The notes under the pieces: generated by a model
Database searches by the model: none
What the model saw: only the letters and a program-made list of their open reading frames with translations
What the model was told of the DNA's origin: nothing
Part shown: piece after piece, positions 1-7,101 of the stretch
Position numbering within the stretch: the stretch's first letter is position 1
How the letters are laid out: each line of letters opens with the position of its first letter
Position numbers and translations under genes: made by a program
Assembly (NCBI GenBank): GCA_038211765.1
Contig: JBBQVG010000022.1
Coordinates: 1-15,362, forward strand
From: Minisyncoccia bacterium
GTDB taxonomy: Bacteria > Patescibacteriota > Minisyncoccia > Phycocordibacterales > PALSA-1337
DNA length: 15,362 nucleotides
Direction: 5' to 3'

Positions 1-630
1 GGCACGGCTATTTTTACCAAAACCAAACCGATTTCGGTAGTAAACGGCCTTCCAGAGAAAATCTGCGAAAAATACGGTCTTGTTGCAGACTCATACGGCG
101 ATCCACGCACCGAAGGTAGGGTTATCGCTGCAGAATTCGAGAAATTCTATGTTGTTACGGTCTATACACCGAACGCAAAAGATGACCTCAGTCGCATTCC
201 CCTTCGGCACAAACAATGGGATCCGGCCTTTCTCGCCTATTGCAAAGAATTGGAAAACGGATCGACAGGCTCGTCGCAGGGAAAGCCAGTTATTTTTTGC
301 GGCGATCTTAACGTTGCTCATACTACCGACGACCTCGCTCGACCCAAAGAAAATGAGGGGATGAAAGGCTTTACTCTGGAAGAACGAGAAGGATTTCAAA
401 AGTTTATCGACTCCGGCTTTATTGACAGTTTCCGCATGTTTACCAAAGGTAACGGTCACTATAGCTGGTGGTCCAACTGGTCCAACGCGCGTGCACGTAA
501 CGTTGGTTGGAGGATTGATTATGTCCTACTCTCAGATATTTTGAAGAAAAAAGTGAAGTCAGCAAGTATTTTGCCCGAAGTGATGGGCTCAGATCACTGC
601 CCGGTAGAAGTTGAGGTGGATATCAAATAG
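1..630 (+). CDS. xth: Exodeoxyribonuclease III / AP endonuclease (EEP fold), 5' end cut by window edge
   Basis: Frame 1 is open from base 1 to TAG at 628-630. The translation contains GKPVIFCGDLNVAH, WWSNWSNARARNVGWRIDY and GSDHCPV, which are typical ExoIII catalytic motifs. Confidence 0.9.
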   Translation, partial: GTAIFTKTKPISVVNGLPEKICEKYGLVADSYGDPRTEGRVIAAEFEKFYVVTVYTPNAKDDLSRIPLRHKQWDPAFLAYCKELENGSTGSSQGKPVIFCGDLNVAHTTDDLARPKENEGMKGFTLEEREGFQKFIDSGFIDSFRMFTKGNGHYSWWSNWSNARARNVGWRIDYVLLSDILKKKVKSASILPEVMGSDHCPVEVEVDIK

Positions 631-1152
631 ATCACTTCGCATTTTTCATTGATCGTATACGAAAAAGCGCACAAGGAGCGAATCGAGAAATGATACGCGC
701 ATGTGCGCTTACGACATGAAGCCGTGCCTGAAGAACTGAAAGAACAATGGTTCCACAGAACCGGGGTTACAGATTCGAAAATGTCTCGAGTCTGTTTTTC
801 GTCAGGATGATTCCTAAGTTCGCGTTGCGCACTTTCCTATAGTAATGACTCTCCCGTTGGGAGGTCTAAGTGACAATGAGAAAGGATGTAACGGAGGGTC
901 TTAGCAACCAAGCGGCGAACTAACAAAAATTGTTCCTCAGAGATGACTTCAATAAAGTGAACGAGAAGCCTACCCTATGTGTGTGAAAGAACGAGTCTGT
1001 TTTTCTCACGACTACCCGTGAGTACCTCGGACAACAAACTGATCTGGAACAATTATAAATGTTCTAAAGGACAGTGTAAAGGACATAACTGTGGATAACT
1101 AGGTCTAATATGTGGATATAGGTCAGATGTTATAAAAGACACTCATAAAAAG

Positions 1153-2643
1153 CTAAGAAACGTGGTGCTTTGAGCGTATTTTCCCGATCTCTTCTTCCTG
1201 AGCCTCTTCTTTCCTCTTTCTACCCTCTTCTCCCAGTTGCGCCAATTCTTTCTCAGAGAGCTTTAACAGCTCCAATGTCTTGCTCTGTAGGTACTCTTCG
1301 GTATTAAGTTTGGGATCTTCCAGCACTTCTTCTAGTAGGGCATGCAAAATAGACCCGATCCTAGGACTTGGTCCTACCCCGCCAACCTCCATGATCTTCT
1401 GACCGTCGATTTTGAGCATCGCCACTGTGACAGGGTCCGCCATAGCCTCCTCTACCATAGATTTGTACTTTCTCAGTCTATAAGGGTTTTCCTTGGGCCT
1501 GCCGGTTCCTATACGGTCACAGATACGTACATTCATCAGATCCCAGATGTTTTCACGACCGACGTTTACGATCATACGGCGGACCGCAGAGAGTGAGATT
1601 TGTTCTGTATCACTAAAAAACATGTGCCAACGTACCAATTTGGCCACTTTTTCGATTGTTACACGTGAAAACTTCATTCTTTCGAGGATTTTACGTGTTT
1701 CACGTGAACCAACTACCTCGTGGCCATAAAAAGTGTAGGAATTTGCTTCACGTGAAAACTCTCTAGTCTTGGGCTTGGATATGTCATGAAATAGAGCCGC
1801 AAGTCTGATATCAAGAGGCCAATCCTTGTCTGCTGCACACTGAATGCTTCGAAGAAGGTGTTCCCAAACATCGTAAATGTGCACTCCCCTCTGTTCTATG
1901 CCAATTGCCGCTTCTAGTTCTGGTAAAAAGTGTTTCATGATCCCTGTTTGATGCAAAAGCTCCAAGCCTTTTTTGGGATTGCTCGAAAGAACAATCTTCA
2001 CGAACTCGTCACGGATACGTTCGATGGATATATCCTTAATAAAGCCAGAATGGCTCTGTATAGCCTCAAAAGTGTCCTTTTCGATAGTGAACTCTAGTTC
2101 GATGGCAAGACGGATGGCACGCATAATACGCAACGCATCCTCGCCGAAACGATCGCCGGGCTTCCCTACTGTCCTTATAACTTTGTCCTTTAGATCGGTG
2201 AAGCCACCGAAAAGGTCAACGATGTCTTTTATAGCGCCAGCAGACAGATTTACGGCTATAGCGTTGACCGTAAAGTCTCGACGCTGTAGATCGTCTTCCA
2301 GTTTATCGCTAAATTTGATGGTATCCGGGTGGCGGCGGTCTGAATATTCGGATTCTAGTCTATACGGGGTGACCTCAATGTTTCTCAAGCTCATCTCCTC
2401 AGTGCCTTCATTGATGACCGCAACAGTGCCATAAACATTCTCGTAGACTGTTTTTGGAAAGAGAGACTGGATCTTTTCTGGGTTAGCGTTTGTGGTGACG
2501 TCCCAGTCTTTGGGTCTACGACCGAGCAAGAGGTCTCGCACGCAACCGCCGACGAGATATGCCTCAAAACCGGCCTTTTCCAAGGTTTCGACAATATCTA
2601 CTACTTCCCTAGGAATAGGGCTGTTCTGGGCCATTTTCATCAT
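1153..2643 (-). CDS. cca: CCA-adding tRNA nucleotidyltransferase (PolyA-pol head domain plus C-terminal HD domain)
   Basis: 496-aa ORF. The N-terminus has GGCVRDLLLGRRPKDWDVTT and RRDFTVNA nucleotidyltransferase motifs. An HD motif (LFHDISKP) lies further downstream. Confidence 0.85.
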   Translation of the reverse strand: MMKMAQNSPIPREVVDIVETLEKAGFEAYLVGGCVRDLLLGRRPKDWDVTTNANPEKIQSLFPKTVYENVYGTVAVINEGTEEMSLRNIEVTPYRLESEYSDRRHPDTIKFSDKLEDDLQRRDFTVNAIAVNLSAGAIKDIVDLFGGFTDLKDKVIRTVGKPGDRFGEDALRIMRAIRLAIELEFTIEKDTFEAIQSHSGFIKDISIERIRDEFVKIVLSSNPKKGLELLHQTGIMKHFLPELEAAIGIEQRGVHIYDVWEHLLRSIQCAADKDWPLDIRLAALFHDISKPKTREFSREANSYTFYGHEVVGSRETRKILERMKFSRVTIEKVAKLVRWHMFFSDTEQISLSAVRRMIVNVGRENIWDLMNVRICDRIGTGRPKENPYRLRKYKSMVEEAMADPVTVAMLKIDGQKIMEVGGVGPSPRIGSILHALLEEVLEDPKLNTEEYLQSKTLELLKLSEKELAQLGEEGRKRKEEAQEEEIGKIRSKHHVS

Positions 2644-2660
2644 TGTAGTCTACAATAACT

Positions 2661-2688
2661 TTGGCTTTTTTCCTATGTGCGCTACTAT
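2661..2688 (+). promoter_or_regulatory. Candidate sigma70-type promoter for the tRNA-Arg/tRNA-Gly transcript
   Basis: TTGGCT (2661-2666), 16-nt spacer, TACTAT (2683-2688), about 30 nt upstream of tRNA-Arg and divergent from cca. Confidence 0.4.
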
Positions 2689-2717
2689 GATCGGACAGCT
2701 TCATGTTATTTTACATT

Positions 2718-2789
2718 GCGCCCGTGGTGAAATGGATATCACAACAGTCTTCGGAACTGTTGTTGCAGGTTCGAGTCCTGCCGGGCGCA
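2718..2789 (+). tRNA. tRNA-Arg (anticodon UCG)
   Basis: Hand-folded cloverleaf: acceptor GCGCCCG/CGGGCGC, D stem GTGA/TCAC, anticodon arm ACAGT-CTTCGGA-ACTGT, T arm GCAGG-TTCGAGT-CCTGC. Length 72 nt; no encoded CCA. Confidence 0.85.
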
Positions 2790-2853
2790 CAGAATTTTGA
2801 AATTGATGAGGTATAAGCTATACTTACCGAAATTGAAAATTTGAGATGACTCT

Positions 2854-2927
2854 GCGGGCATAGTTTAGTGGTAAAATGCGTCCTTGCCAAGGACGAGATG
2901 GGAGTTCGATTCTCCCTGCCCGCACCA
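2854..2927 (+). tRNA. tRNA-Gly (anticodon GCC), CCA encoded
   Basis: Acceptor GCGGGCA/TGCCCGC, anticodon arm CGTCC-TTGCCAA-GGACG, T arm GGGAG-TTCGATT-CTCCC, discriminator A followed by CCA (2925-2927). Confidence 0.9.
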
Positions 2928-2965
2928 ACATAGGGTTACCGATAGCAAAGCGAAGCTTTGCGTTT

Positions 2966-3078
2966 GAGAATCGAACGCCGGAGCGATGCTGAGTCAGCAG
3001 ACGAGGCCGCGAGGCGGTGGCTAGCCCGAGCCGAACTGGTGAGGTGAGAGGCGAAGCCGATTCTCCCTGCCCGCACCA
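2966..3078 (+). repeat. tRNA-tail element copy A: conserved 90-nt G-rich core (2971-3060) fused to a second copy of the tRNA-Gly(GCC) 3' end
   Basis: 2971-3060 aligns without gaps to 3855-3944 (79/90 identical by my count; perfect run 3009-3044 = 3893-3928). 3058-3078 (CGATTCTCCCTGCCCGCACCA) is an exact repeat of 2907-2927. 2966-2973 (GAGAATCG) is complementary to 3058-3065. Confidence 0.75.
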
Positions 3079-3272
3079 TAGGATAGTTGGGGATAACTCT
3101 GTGAATTGTGTTTATAAAAGACATGAATAAGGGCTAACAATCGTCATTTCTGTTGTCCGAGATGTCCTAAAGATATGTTTCACAAGAAACATTTCACGTG
3201 AAATAAGCCTGTTTTTCGATGTAAATTTGGCATATTATCTCTAATATTCGAGGTTTAACCTCGAAAATCAGT

Positions 3273-3647
3273 ATGCATAATAGACAAAAAGGTAATAATG
3301 GGGAAGATCTTGCATGTACTTTCTTGTCCAAGAAGGGCTTTATTGTTATAGATCGTAATTACTTGAAGAAGTGGGGTGAGCTCGACATCGTGGCCCAGAA
3401 AGACGGAAAGTTACACTTCTTTGAGGTAAAGAGTGTTATGTTTGGGGAAACTGCAGAGGGAAGTCATCGACCTGAGGACAACGTCCACGGATTGAAGGTA
3501 AGAAGTATCCGGAGAATGATCGAAACCTATATTGACGAGAAGAAGATCGCTCCAGAGACAGAATTTTATTTTCATGTACTATGTGTCTTTATGGACGAGC
3601 AAAGACGTAGTGCTCGAGTAAAGTGGATAGAAAACATCATTTTGTGA
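3273..3647 (+). CDS. yraN: YraN family (UPF0102) endonuclease-like protein
   Basis: 124-aa ORF with GEDLACTFLSKKGFIVIDRNY...GELDIVA...FFEVK, the characteristic YraN/PD-(D/E)xK-like pattern. Confidence 0.8.
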   Translation: MHNRQKGNNGEDLACTFLSKKGFIVIDRNYLKKWGELDIVAQKDGKLHFFEVKSVMFGETAEGSHRPEDNVHGLKVRSIRRMIETYIDEKKIAPETEFYFHVLCVFMDEQRRSARVKWIENIIL

Positions 3648-3654
3648 AACTTTG

Positions 3655-3663
3655 TGCTAATAT
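3655..3663 (+). promoter_or_regulatory. Candidate extended -10 element (TGCTAATAT) upstream of tRNA-Pro
   Basis: TGn-TAATAT lies 68 nt upstream of tRNA-Pro. Related TGCTAGTAT (4540-4548, before tRNA-Gly-UCC) and TGCTAGACT (7817-7825) occur in the window. No good -35 element. Confidence 0.35.
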
Positions 3664-3730
3664 GGCACGACACGCTGTCACCTTTGCGACCACGGGACTT
3701 GCCGTAGTGAGTCGCCTAGGAGACCAAAGA

Positions 3731-3803
3731 CGGGGCGTGGTGTAACGGCTAACATGCCTCTTTTGGGAAGAGGTGACTCCGGGTTCGAATCCCGGCGCCC
3801 CGA
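3731..3803 (+). tRNA. tRNA-Pro (anticodon UGG)
   Basis: Acceptor CGGGGCG/CGCCCCG, anticodon arm CCTCT-TTTGGGA-AGAGG, T arm CCGGG-TTCGAAT-CCCGG. Length 73 nt; no encoded CCA. Confidence 0.9.
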
Positions 3804-3848
3804 CAGACATTAGGTAAGCAATAGCAGGTGCCTTGAGGCACGTGCGTC

Positions 3849-4004
3849 CTGGATTCGAACGCCGGAGCCGTATCGAGCCAGCAGGCGAGATGGCGAGGCG
3901 GTGGCTAGCCCGAGCCGAACTGGTGAGGCGAGAGGCGAAGCCGAATCCCGGCGCCCCGACAAATTTTAGATAAGCAATAGCAGGTGCCTTGAGGCACGTG
4001 CGTC
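3849..4004 (+). repeat. tRNA-tail element copy B: conserved core (3855-3944) followed by a second copy of the tRNA-Pro 3' end plus its downstream hairpin
   Basis: 3942-4004 repeats 3786-3848 (63 nt with a few mismatches clustered at 3806-3815), giving a 156-bp period. 3851-3857 (GGATTCG) is complementary to 3942-3948 (CGAATCC). The core is homologous to copy A. Confidence 0.75.
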
Positions 4005-4054
4005 ATGGCAAAGCGATAGAGGCCGAATCATCGGCTGTGTGTTAAAATATTGAG

Positions 4055-4519
4055 ATGAAACAAGTTCTTCATTTTTTCGACAAATTGGAAGACAAGATCA
4101 GGGTGAGTCTCAGTCACCACCCTATCGTCTATACATTTATCGGCGGCATCTCTATTGTGCTGTTCTGGCGCGGTGTATGGCATACGGCGGATATCCTTGC
4201 GGCTCAGGGAGGTTGGCTCGGTTTTTTGTTCTATGAGCCAGTCAATCTCATCATTGTGGTTGTGATACTGCTTGCAACCGGGTTGTTTGTTTCGTACTTT
4301 GTGGGGGATACCATCCTTATAACTGGCCTACGTGGTCAGAAAAAGATAACGGAAAGGACAGAAAAAGAAATAGAGGATGAGGAAAAAGAGTTAGTGTCCA
4401 TTCGGTCGACTATCAAAGACATCAAACACGAAGTTGACGAGATCAGGGATGCAGTAACTCATAGGCAATCAACATCTCATTCAAGCGAGGGGGGACACAC
4501 CAGTAAGGTATCAGGTTAA
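4055..4519 (+). CDS. Hypothetical membrane protein with charged coiled-coil-like C-terminus
   Basis: 154-aa ORF. It has two hydrophobic segments (IVYTFIGGISIVLFW; LIIVVVILLATGLFVSYFVG) followed by a KE-rich tail. No family recognised. Confidence 0.6.
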   Translation: MKQVLHFFDKLEDKIRVSLSHHPIVYTFIGGISIVLFWRGVWHTADILAAQGGWLGFLFYEPVNLIIVVVILLATGLFVSYFVGDTILITGLRGQKKITERTEKEIEDEEKELVSIRSTIKDIKHEVDEIRDAVTHRQSTSHSSEGGHTSKVSG

Positions 4520-4583
4520 TTTTCAAACAGGGGAGTATCTGCTAGTATGGAGCGCACGGCCCAGTGGGGCTATGAATGAGAAG

Positions 4584-4654
4584 GCGGGATTAGTTAAATG
4601 GTATAATAACAGTTTTCCAAACTGTGGTCGGGAGTTCGATTCTCCCATCCCGCA
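4584..4654 (+). tRNA. tRNA-Gly (anticodon UCC)
   Basis: Acceptor GCGGGAT/ATCCCGC, anticodon arm ACAGT-TTTCCAA-ACTGT, T arm GGGAG-TTCGATT-CTCCC. Length 71 nt. Confidence 0.9.
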
Positions 4655-4672
4655 CCGAAACACATTAATTAT

Positions 4673-5224
4673 ATGAAAAGACTTTTTGTAATACATGGGT
4701 GGGGTGGAAGCCCGAACGAACCAATGATCCATTGGTTGGGTGAAAAAGGGCGAGAGTTGGGTTATGAAGTGGCAGTACTAGAGATGCCCAACAGTGCTGT
4801 CCCTACTATAGGTGCGTGGACTGCTCACCTAGATGAGCACGTTATGTATGTTGACGAGAATACAGACTTTATCGGTCACAGCATCGGCTGTCAGGCCATC
4901 CTTCGCTATCTTGCAACTCAAAAAGGATCGAAGGTGGGCAAAGTTGTACTCATCGCTCCATGGATTGAGATTGCAGCACAGGAGACAGCAGAGGAAGAAG
5001 ACATCGCTCGTCCTTGGAAAGAAAACCCTATCGATTTCGTCTCTATTAGGGGTATGGGAAAGGATTTTACTGCGATTTTTTCAGACAATGACGCGGATGT
5101 ACCATTGGAAGCAAACAAAGCTTGGATTGAGAAAAATCTGAATGCCAATATTATTGTTGAGACAGGGAAGGGGCATTTTACCGAAGAGGACGGTGTAGTG
5201 GATTTACCATCGGTGTTTGTGTGA
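4673..5224 (+). CDS. Alpha/beta-fold serine hydrolase (YdeN/RBBP9-like)
   Basis: 183-aa ORF with an N-terminal VIHGWGGSP strand-loop and a GHSIGC nucleophile elbow (GxSxG). Confidence 0.75.
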   Translation: MKRLFVIHGWGGSPNEPMIHWLGEKGRELGYEVAVLEMPNSAVPTIGAWTAHLDEHVMYVDENTDFIGHSIGCQAILRYLATQKGSKVGKVVLIAPWIEIAAQETAEEEDIARPWKENPIDFVSIRGMGKDFTAIFSDNDADVPLEANKAWIEKNLNANIIVETGKGHFTEEDGVVDLPSVFV

Positions 5225-5243
5225 AGACTTGGCTAGCATAAAC

Positions 5244-5295
5244 AAAAAACCGCCAAGTAAGTGATTTTGCTAAATCACACCACGGCGGTCTTTTG
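5244..5295. terminator. Bidirectional intrinsic terminator between the hydrolase gene and hup
   Basis: A-run, then ACCGCC (5249-5254) pairing with GGCGGT (5284-5289). An inner stem GTGATTT/AAATCAC is enclosed, and a T-run follows. Confidence 0.6.
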
Positions 5296-5358
5296 ATTGA
5301 GATACAACGCGTTAGTTGCAGAGAAGTGGTCGATAGGGCACTTCTGTGCAGTAAAACG

Positions 5359-5631
5359 TTATTTTACGGCGTCCTTGAGGGCCTTTGCGGCGCGGAACTT
5401 CGGAACCTTCATGGCAGGGACCTTGATGGCCTCACCTGTACGAGGGTTGCGAGCTTCACGGGCTGCACGCTGTTTTACTGAGAAGATACCGAGACCTGCG
5501 ATAGAAACCTCATCACCCTTCTTCAAGGAGTCGATGATGCTGTTAATCATAGTCTCGACCGCCTGCTCAGCCTGAACTTTCGTTCCGCCGAGAACTCCAT
5601 GAACTGCGTCAACAATACTTGCTTTGTTCAT
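5359..5631 (-). CDS. hup: HU family DNA-binding protein
   Basis: 90-aa ORF with MNKASIVDAV...GDEVSIAGLGIFSVKQRAAREARNPRTGEAIKVPA, the canonical HU/IHF arm sequence. Confidence 0.95.
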   Translation of the reverse strand: MNKASIVDAVHGVLGGTKVQAEQAVETMINSIIDSLKKGDEVSIAGLGIFSVKQRAAREARNPRTGEAIKVPAMKVPKFRAAKALKDAVK

Positions 5632-5839
5632 TTGTGTGTAATTAGTACTAATAATCTAGGCTCTAATACTGGTCTCGGTCCCTCAACCTCGATTCCGAGG
5701 TCTCGGGATCAAGTTGCGAACCATGAGGATAATTATATAGTAAGCCATTTTAAGCACAATAGGGCTGTAAAGATTGACAACATTTCTTTTTTCATGGTAT
5801 CTTTAGGCCATTCTATTAATTAATACAATTTTACGACCT

Positions 5840-6097
5840 ATGGCAAAAGAAAATTCTGCGTTTATGAAACCTATGACTATAAGTTCGGATCTGGCCGCAG
5901 TTGTCGGCGCAGGCCCTATGCCTCGATCTGAGGTGGTCAAGGCTCTCTGGGTATATATCAAGAAGCACAATCTCCAGGATCCCAAGAACAAGCGCAATAT
6001 CAACGCCGATGAAAATCTCAAGAAGGTTTTTGATGGCAAGGCAGTGGTCAATATGTTCGAAATGACCAAGCTGGTGTCAAAGCATCTGACGAATTAA
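5840..6097 (+). CDS. SWIB/MDM2 domain protein
   Basis: 85-aa ORF. PMPRSEVVKALWVYIKKHNLQDPKNKRNINADENLKKVF matches the SWIB domain pattern. Confidence 0.85.
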   Translation: MAKENSAFMKPMTISSDLAAVVGAGPMPRSEVVKALWVYIKKHNLQDPKNKRNINADENLKKVFDGKAVVNMFEMTKLVSKHLTN

Positions 6098-6118
6098 GAA
6101 AGATTTAGTTCGCTTACA

Positions 6119-6148
6119 AAAATACCGAAGGAATTCGGTATTTTTTGT
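6119..6148 (+). terminator. Intrinsic terminator after the SWIB gene
   Basis: ATACCGAA (6122-6129), GGAA loop, TTCGGTAT (6134-6141), then a T-run. Confidence 0.75.
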
Positions 6149-6283
6149 TGGGGCTCTATTTCCTTGTAAGTCTTGGTACCTTCAAGATCATTTCACCGAT
6201 TGCGTCACGGTAATATTGACTGTAGCTACAGAGACACGGATAGTCCATTCCATACCATTATTCTTCCGATGATTGAGGATTTT

Positions 6284-6313
6284 AAGCCGCCTTTTGGCTT
6301 GGGCGGTTTTTTG
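6284..6313 (+). terminator. Second terminator-like hairpin plus T-run upstream of the TrmB-family gene
   Basis: AAGCCGCC...GGCGG stem followed by TTTTTTGTTTT. It sits 135 nt after the previous terminator with no ORF in between. Confidence 0.5.
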
Positions 6314-6342
6314 TTTTCGCCTCTTTGTGATAATCTGTACTC

Positions 6343-7101
6343 ATGTTAGAAAAATATCTCCAAGACATCGGCCTGAGTGAAAAAGAATCCGTCATCTACA
6401 TTTCCCTCCTGGCCGTAGACAATAGTTCTGTACTCGATCTGTCCAAGAAAACCAAGCTCAATCGTTCTACCACCTACGTTATTCTCGAATCTCTGGCTAA
6501 AAAAGGCTTGGTGACAGAGACGACGGTTGGTAAAAAGACTCATTACCAAGCAGAACCCCCAGAAAGACTCGAGACTTATGTTGAACAACGCAAAATCTTG
6601 CTTGAGGAACAATCAAAAAAACTCAAAGACATTATCCCTCAGATAAAAAGTGTACAGAGGGAGGGTGGTGAGAAGCCGATTGTGAAGTATTTTGAGGGAA
6701 AAGATGGTTTGATAAGCCTACATGAAGAATTTTTTCTTGGTCAAAATGAAGATGCGATAAGCTATCTAATATATTCAAAGGATTTAGTTGATGAAATATT
6801 TTCTGCGACTGAAAGGGAGAAATACAGAAACATGCGATTGGGTAAAAATATTAAGTCAAAAGTTCTTTACACCTACCTAAATGGAACAATTCCTACAAGT
6901 ATTGACGGAGAGAGAGTAAAAATTGATGGTACCAAATATCCTATACTTTGTGATATCTCAGTCTGTGAGGATAGAGTCAAAATTGCAATTCTAGGTAAAA
7001 AGCTTTCGGGTATTTTCATTAAAAGTAAAGAATTTGCTGAAACATTCAGGAGTATCTTTAATATTGGGTTTGACCAAATGCAGAAGGGGGCCCAGTCGTA
7101 A
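6343..7101 (+). CDS. TrmB family (winged-helix) transcriptional regulator
   Basis: 252-aa ORF. The N-terminal LQDIGLSEKESVIYISLL...LSKKTKLNRSTTYVILESLAKKGLV is the TrmB HTH signature. TGTGATAAT (extended -10) lies 9 nt before the ATG, suggesting a near-leaderless mRNA. Confidence 0.8.
   Translation: MLEKYLQDIGLSEKESVIYISLLAVDNSSVLDLSKKTKLNRSTTYVILESLAKKGLVTETTVGKKTHYQAEPPERLETYVEQRKILLEEQSKKLKDIIPQIKSVQREGGEKPIVKYFEGKDGLISLHEEFFLGQNEDAISYLIYSKDLVDEIFSATEREKYRNMRLGKNIKSKVLYTYLNGTIPTSIDGERVKIDGTKYPILCDISVCEDRVKIAILGKKLSGIFIKSKEFAETFRSIFNIGFDQMQKGAQS

Noticed and set aside
80-459. ORFs 80..364 (+) and 91..459 (-) overlapping xth
   Set aside because: These are alternative-frame or antisense ORFs within a clearly recognisable ExoIII coding frame.
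755-769. ACAGAACCGGGGTTA resembles the conserved RNase P RNA 3' P4 strand (ACAGAACCCGGCUUA)
   Set aside because: A matching GAGGAAAGUCC-type 5' P4 strand is absent. An RNA of about 350 nt ending here would have to overlap the xth coding region. This is probably a chance resemblance; cmsearch with the RNase P models would settle it.
763-778. GGGGTTACAGATTCGA resembles a tmRNA 5' end (GGGG..GGAUUCGA)
   Set aside because: I found no downstream T-arm plus TAACCCC-ACCA acceptor 3' strand and no tag-peptide reading frame in 779-1152.
787-806. Minus-strand CCTGACGAAAAACAGAC looks like a hammerhead core with stem II missing
   Set aside because: There is no stem II and no correctly placed GAAA/stem III/UH site. 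It shares only a few nucleotides with HHR-1.
2936-3124. 62-aa minus-strand ORF covering tRNA-tail element copy A
   Set aside because: The homologous copy B has no equivalent ATG-initiated ORF. The differences between the copies are not codon-patterned. The ORF also reads through a tRNA-derived segment.
3863-3872. GGAGCCGTAT shared between tail element B and 9810-9819, with a faint resemblance to group II intron domain V
   Set aside because: A 10-mer coincidence is expected by chance. No domain V hairpin (no complementary ACGGYTC arm) or other intron domains are present.
4549-4572. GAGC(G)CACGGCCCAGT shared between 4549-4565 and 9901-9915
   Set aside because: The exact match is only ~11 nt. 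Matches of that length are expected many times by chance in a 15-kb window, and there is no shared structural context.
4523-4732. 69-aa minus-strand ORF
   Set aside because: It lies antisense to tRNA-Gly(UCC) and to the 5' end of the hydrolase gene, so it is spurious.
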